Shown here piece after piece: positions 61,405-64,000 of a stretch of DNA of 64,000 nt. Within the stretch, counting starts at the first letter, position 1. The number at the start of each line of letters is the position of its first letter. The position numbers and the translations under genes are program-made. Where the stretch lies: the NCBI RefSeq assembly GCF_009834535.1, contig NC_045697.1, positions 75,828,001-75,892,000 of the forward strand, written 5' to 3'. This DNA comes from Camelus ferus. Its lineage: Eukaryota. The notes under the pieces are model-generated. The model worked only from the letters and a program-made list of their open reading frames with translations. It was not told the DNA's origin and did no database searches.

Positions 61405-61725
61405 CACACCACATCTTCTTTATCCGTTTGTCTGTGATGGACACTTAGGGCTTCCATATTTTGACAGTTGTAAATGTTGCTGCTGTGAACATTGGGGTGC
61501 ATGTATCTTTTCAAATCAGTGTTTTTGTTTTCTTTGGATATATACCCAGGAGTGGAATTACTGGGTCATATTGGTAGTTCTATTTTTAGTTTTTTGTCCT
61601 CCATAGTGGCCATACCAATTTACATTCCCACCAACAGTGATCAAGGATTCCCTTTTCTCCACATCCATGCCAACATTTGTTATTTGTGGTCTTTTTGATG
61701 ATAGTCATTCTGACAGGTGTGAGGT
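60921..61725 (-). mobile_element. 5'-truncated L1 (~0.8 kb)
   Basis: Same 3' end type as 12434 and 41371; internal (TA)n at ~61385-61405; CAGATTCC repeated at 60908-60915 and 61726-61733. Confidence 0.93.
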
Positions 61726-62344
61726 CAGATTCCTTTTACATTTTAAAAGTCTATCACTTGCCCTGCTTACCTGGCAAAGTTATTATGATTTCTTTGAAAG
61801 CAAAAGCACTCCTATACAAGGGCTTTTAAAATTGTAATTAATTAAACAAATAAAAGGTAGTATCATTCATTGGATCATCTGTAGTCAGCACCTAGAGGAT
61901 TATAGACCCCAGAGTAGATAATATCTTGGAATTATGGAAATTAAAAATAGCAAGAATCATCATTCTTTTTTTTTTTTTTAAAGAATCCTCCAATAACAAT
62001 CTCACACTGTGATTTGGAGACAGCTTGTATCATTTAAGGGTCTCCCTTTGTGTAATGTAGAAATAGCACCAATGTACTAAGTAAAATCTTGGGAATTTTC
62101 CTGTTTCAAGAAGTGAAATAGGGGATAATAGAGGATTTCTGGTAATTTGAAATAAATATGGGTGGACCATTAGCTGGATAGTGTAAATATATATGTTTCT
62201 AAGGGGAAGAGGCTGTCTTGTGTAGAAGTATAAAAAAATTGAAAACTCTTAAAACTATGAGGACAGGATATTTTCATATTTGCAGCTCTTTAAAATATAC
62301 CTTTTTAGATTTAGAGTCACTTTATTAAGAACTTATTTTGAGAG

Positions 62345-62930
62345 CGTATTTAATCCAACATATTAAAATGTTATGTTTAATATTGTCAATTATAATTAAT
62401 ATGCAACATAGATGGACCTAGAGATCATCATTGTAAGTGAAGTAAGCCAGAAGGAGAAAGAAAAATAACATATATCACTCCTGTGTGGAATCTAAAAAAA
62501 AGAGAAAAAGAGGACACTGATGACATCTACAAAACAAACAGACTTGCAGACATAGTCAACAATCTTATGGCTACTTGGGGAAAGAGAGTGGAAAGAGATA
62601 AATTTGGGAGTTTGGGATTTGCATATGTTAGCCACTATATATAAAAATAGATTTAAAAAACCCCCACAAATTTCTTCAGTGTAACACAGGGAACTATATT
62701 CAATATCTTGTAATAACCTTTAATGAAAAATAATATGAAAACAAATATACATATGTATATGCATGACTGGGAAGAAAATTCATAACATTTTAGCTTTTTC
62801 CTAAATCTTCGAAATCTGGTGTGTATTCTGCACTTACAGCACATCTCAGCTTGGACTAGCCACACTTCAAGTGTTCAGTAGCCATGTGTGGCTGGTGGTT
62901 GGTTGCCTTACCAGGCATTCAGCTCTGACC
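62345..62930. mobile_element. MER33/MER3-type hAT element split by a + strand L1 3' fragment (62403-62772)
   Basis: TTAATCCAACATATTAAAATGTTAT on the left; CTAAATCTTCGAAATCTGGTGTGTATTCTGCACTTACAGCACATCTCA...CTAGCCACACTTCAAGTG on the right; insert begins GCAACATAGATGGACCTAGAGATCATC (ORF2 end). Confidence 0.85.
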
Positions 62931-63549
62931 AGCCTTATCCTTAAGGAACAACACCCTGCACGAATCTGAGGTCATCCTCAGAACTATCCCTTAGCAATTA
63001 CCATCAGTGACTTTGGTGTATTGTGTTTTAAAAACTGAATTATATCATGGAGTCAGAGAAAACTGGTTCTGGTGCCTTTAGCTAGAACTAGCGGACAGGC
63101 TGAAGGGTACAGTGAAACATCTCTCTAAGGTTATCTGTCGAGTATGCTTGTGAATTTTGATGGCAGGAGGTGTGCCTGTGCCTATAAATGAAATATTTAG
63201 ATTATTAGATTCATGTGTATAGGAACGATGGCTGCTCATGTGCCTTTGAGAGTTATGATACAATAGAATGCATCATCTGCCCTGGCCTCAGCCCTCGTGC
63301 CTCACCACACTTCTCTTATCTGTCACCTCACTGCTCACCTGTTTATCCACTGCTGTCTTCACCCTAGCCCTGCCCTGTTTATATGCATGATGTTGCTTAC
63401 TAATTTGTGCTCTTGTTGAGTTGCTTATTGTGACAATTTAGGAAGCCAGGCCACTGTAAAACCTAGATCAGTAATCATTACTTGATATCAAATCTCAGTC
63501 TGCCAGGAATAGATTAAGACTATAATGTAGAAAGACACAGGCACAGTAT

Positions 63550-63616
63550 GAGAGGGAGAAAAGAGAGGGGGAGAGGGGAGGGAGGGAGGACGGAAGGACG
63601 GAAGGACGGAAGGAAG
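63550..63616. repeat. Purine-rich simple repeat including (GGACGGAA)x3
   Basis: Directly visible. Confidence 0.9.
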
Positions 63617-64000
63617 TGCAATTCTGTGCGGGAAGATACCTAAATGCGGAGGAAGGAAATAATGGTGGAGGGTTTTGTAGCAAAAAATTCCCCCAGATAC
63701 TGGACAAGACACTGTTCTCACCAAGTTCTCAAGATAGGTTGCTTTGGATTTCATAAATGCACTGACTTTATCAGATACCTGTGCTACGCAGGTGGCTGAG
63801 ACTAGCTCCAAGCCCTCCTCAGTTCCTTCTGAAGTTGATTAGTACATTCACACAATTTTTGAGCACTTGCTGTGTGCTAGACTTTGTTCTTGATTCTAGG
63901 AATTCAGTGAGCAATACTCAAGCTTTCTACCCTAATGGAGATTGTTTGAGTTGACGTGTTGAGAGAGGAAAAGGTGCTGAAAAGGGAGGTTGAGCAGATG

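Noticed and set aside
51620..64000. Assigning a gene symbol to the CpG-island gene
   Set aside because: No coding exon recognised in the window and I do not recognise the 5'UTR; any name would be a guess.
1..64000. CRISPR arrays, operons or other prokaryotic/viral systems
   Set aside because: The sequence is mammalian repeat-rich DNA; there is no repeat-spacer array, long ORF or internal retroviral coding region.

Overview
Mammalian (eutherian) genomic DNA, very probably a camelid: it carries seven copies of a tRNA-Ala-like SINE matching the camelid vic-1 type plus young cetartiodactyl-type L1 3' ends. The window is AT-rich and largely built from interspersed repeats (L1/HAL1, L2, L3, MIR, MaLR and ERVL LTRs, hAT and Tigger DNA elements, microsatellites). 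Repeat names were assigned by eye from remembered consensus sequences, so subfamily labels and most edges are approximate. The one clear gene feature is a CpG island at about 51.1-52.1 kb with two + strand splice donors (candidate non-coding first exons of a gene I cannot name) and a strong - strand donor. No intact protein-coding gene could be supported; the ORF-track entries are repeat-derived or chance. Most worth following up: (1) an old L1 whose 5'UTR is joined to ORF2 at what looks like an exact GT-AG splice junction; (2) a chain of - strand exon-like segments at 16.6, 16.5, 10.3 and 5.4 kb (decayed gene, micropeptide or lncRNA); (3) a SINE-L1 composite bounded by one apparent target-site duplication; (4) a non-repetitive block at 32 kb with exon-like boundaries, an M-box and a CTCF-like motif. 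I found no evidence for a new multi-gene system.
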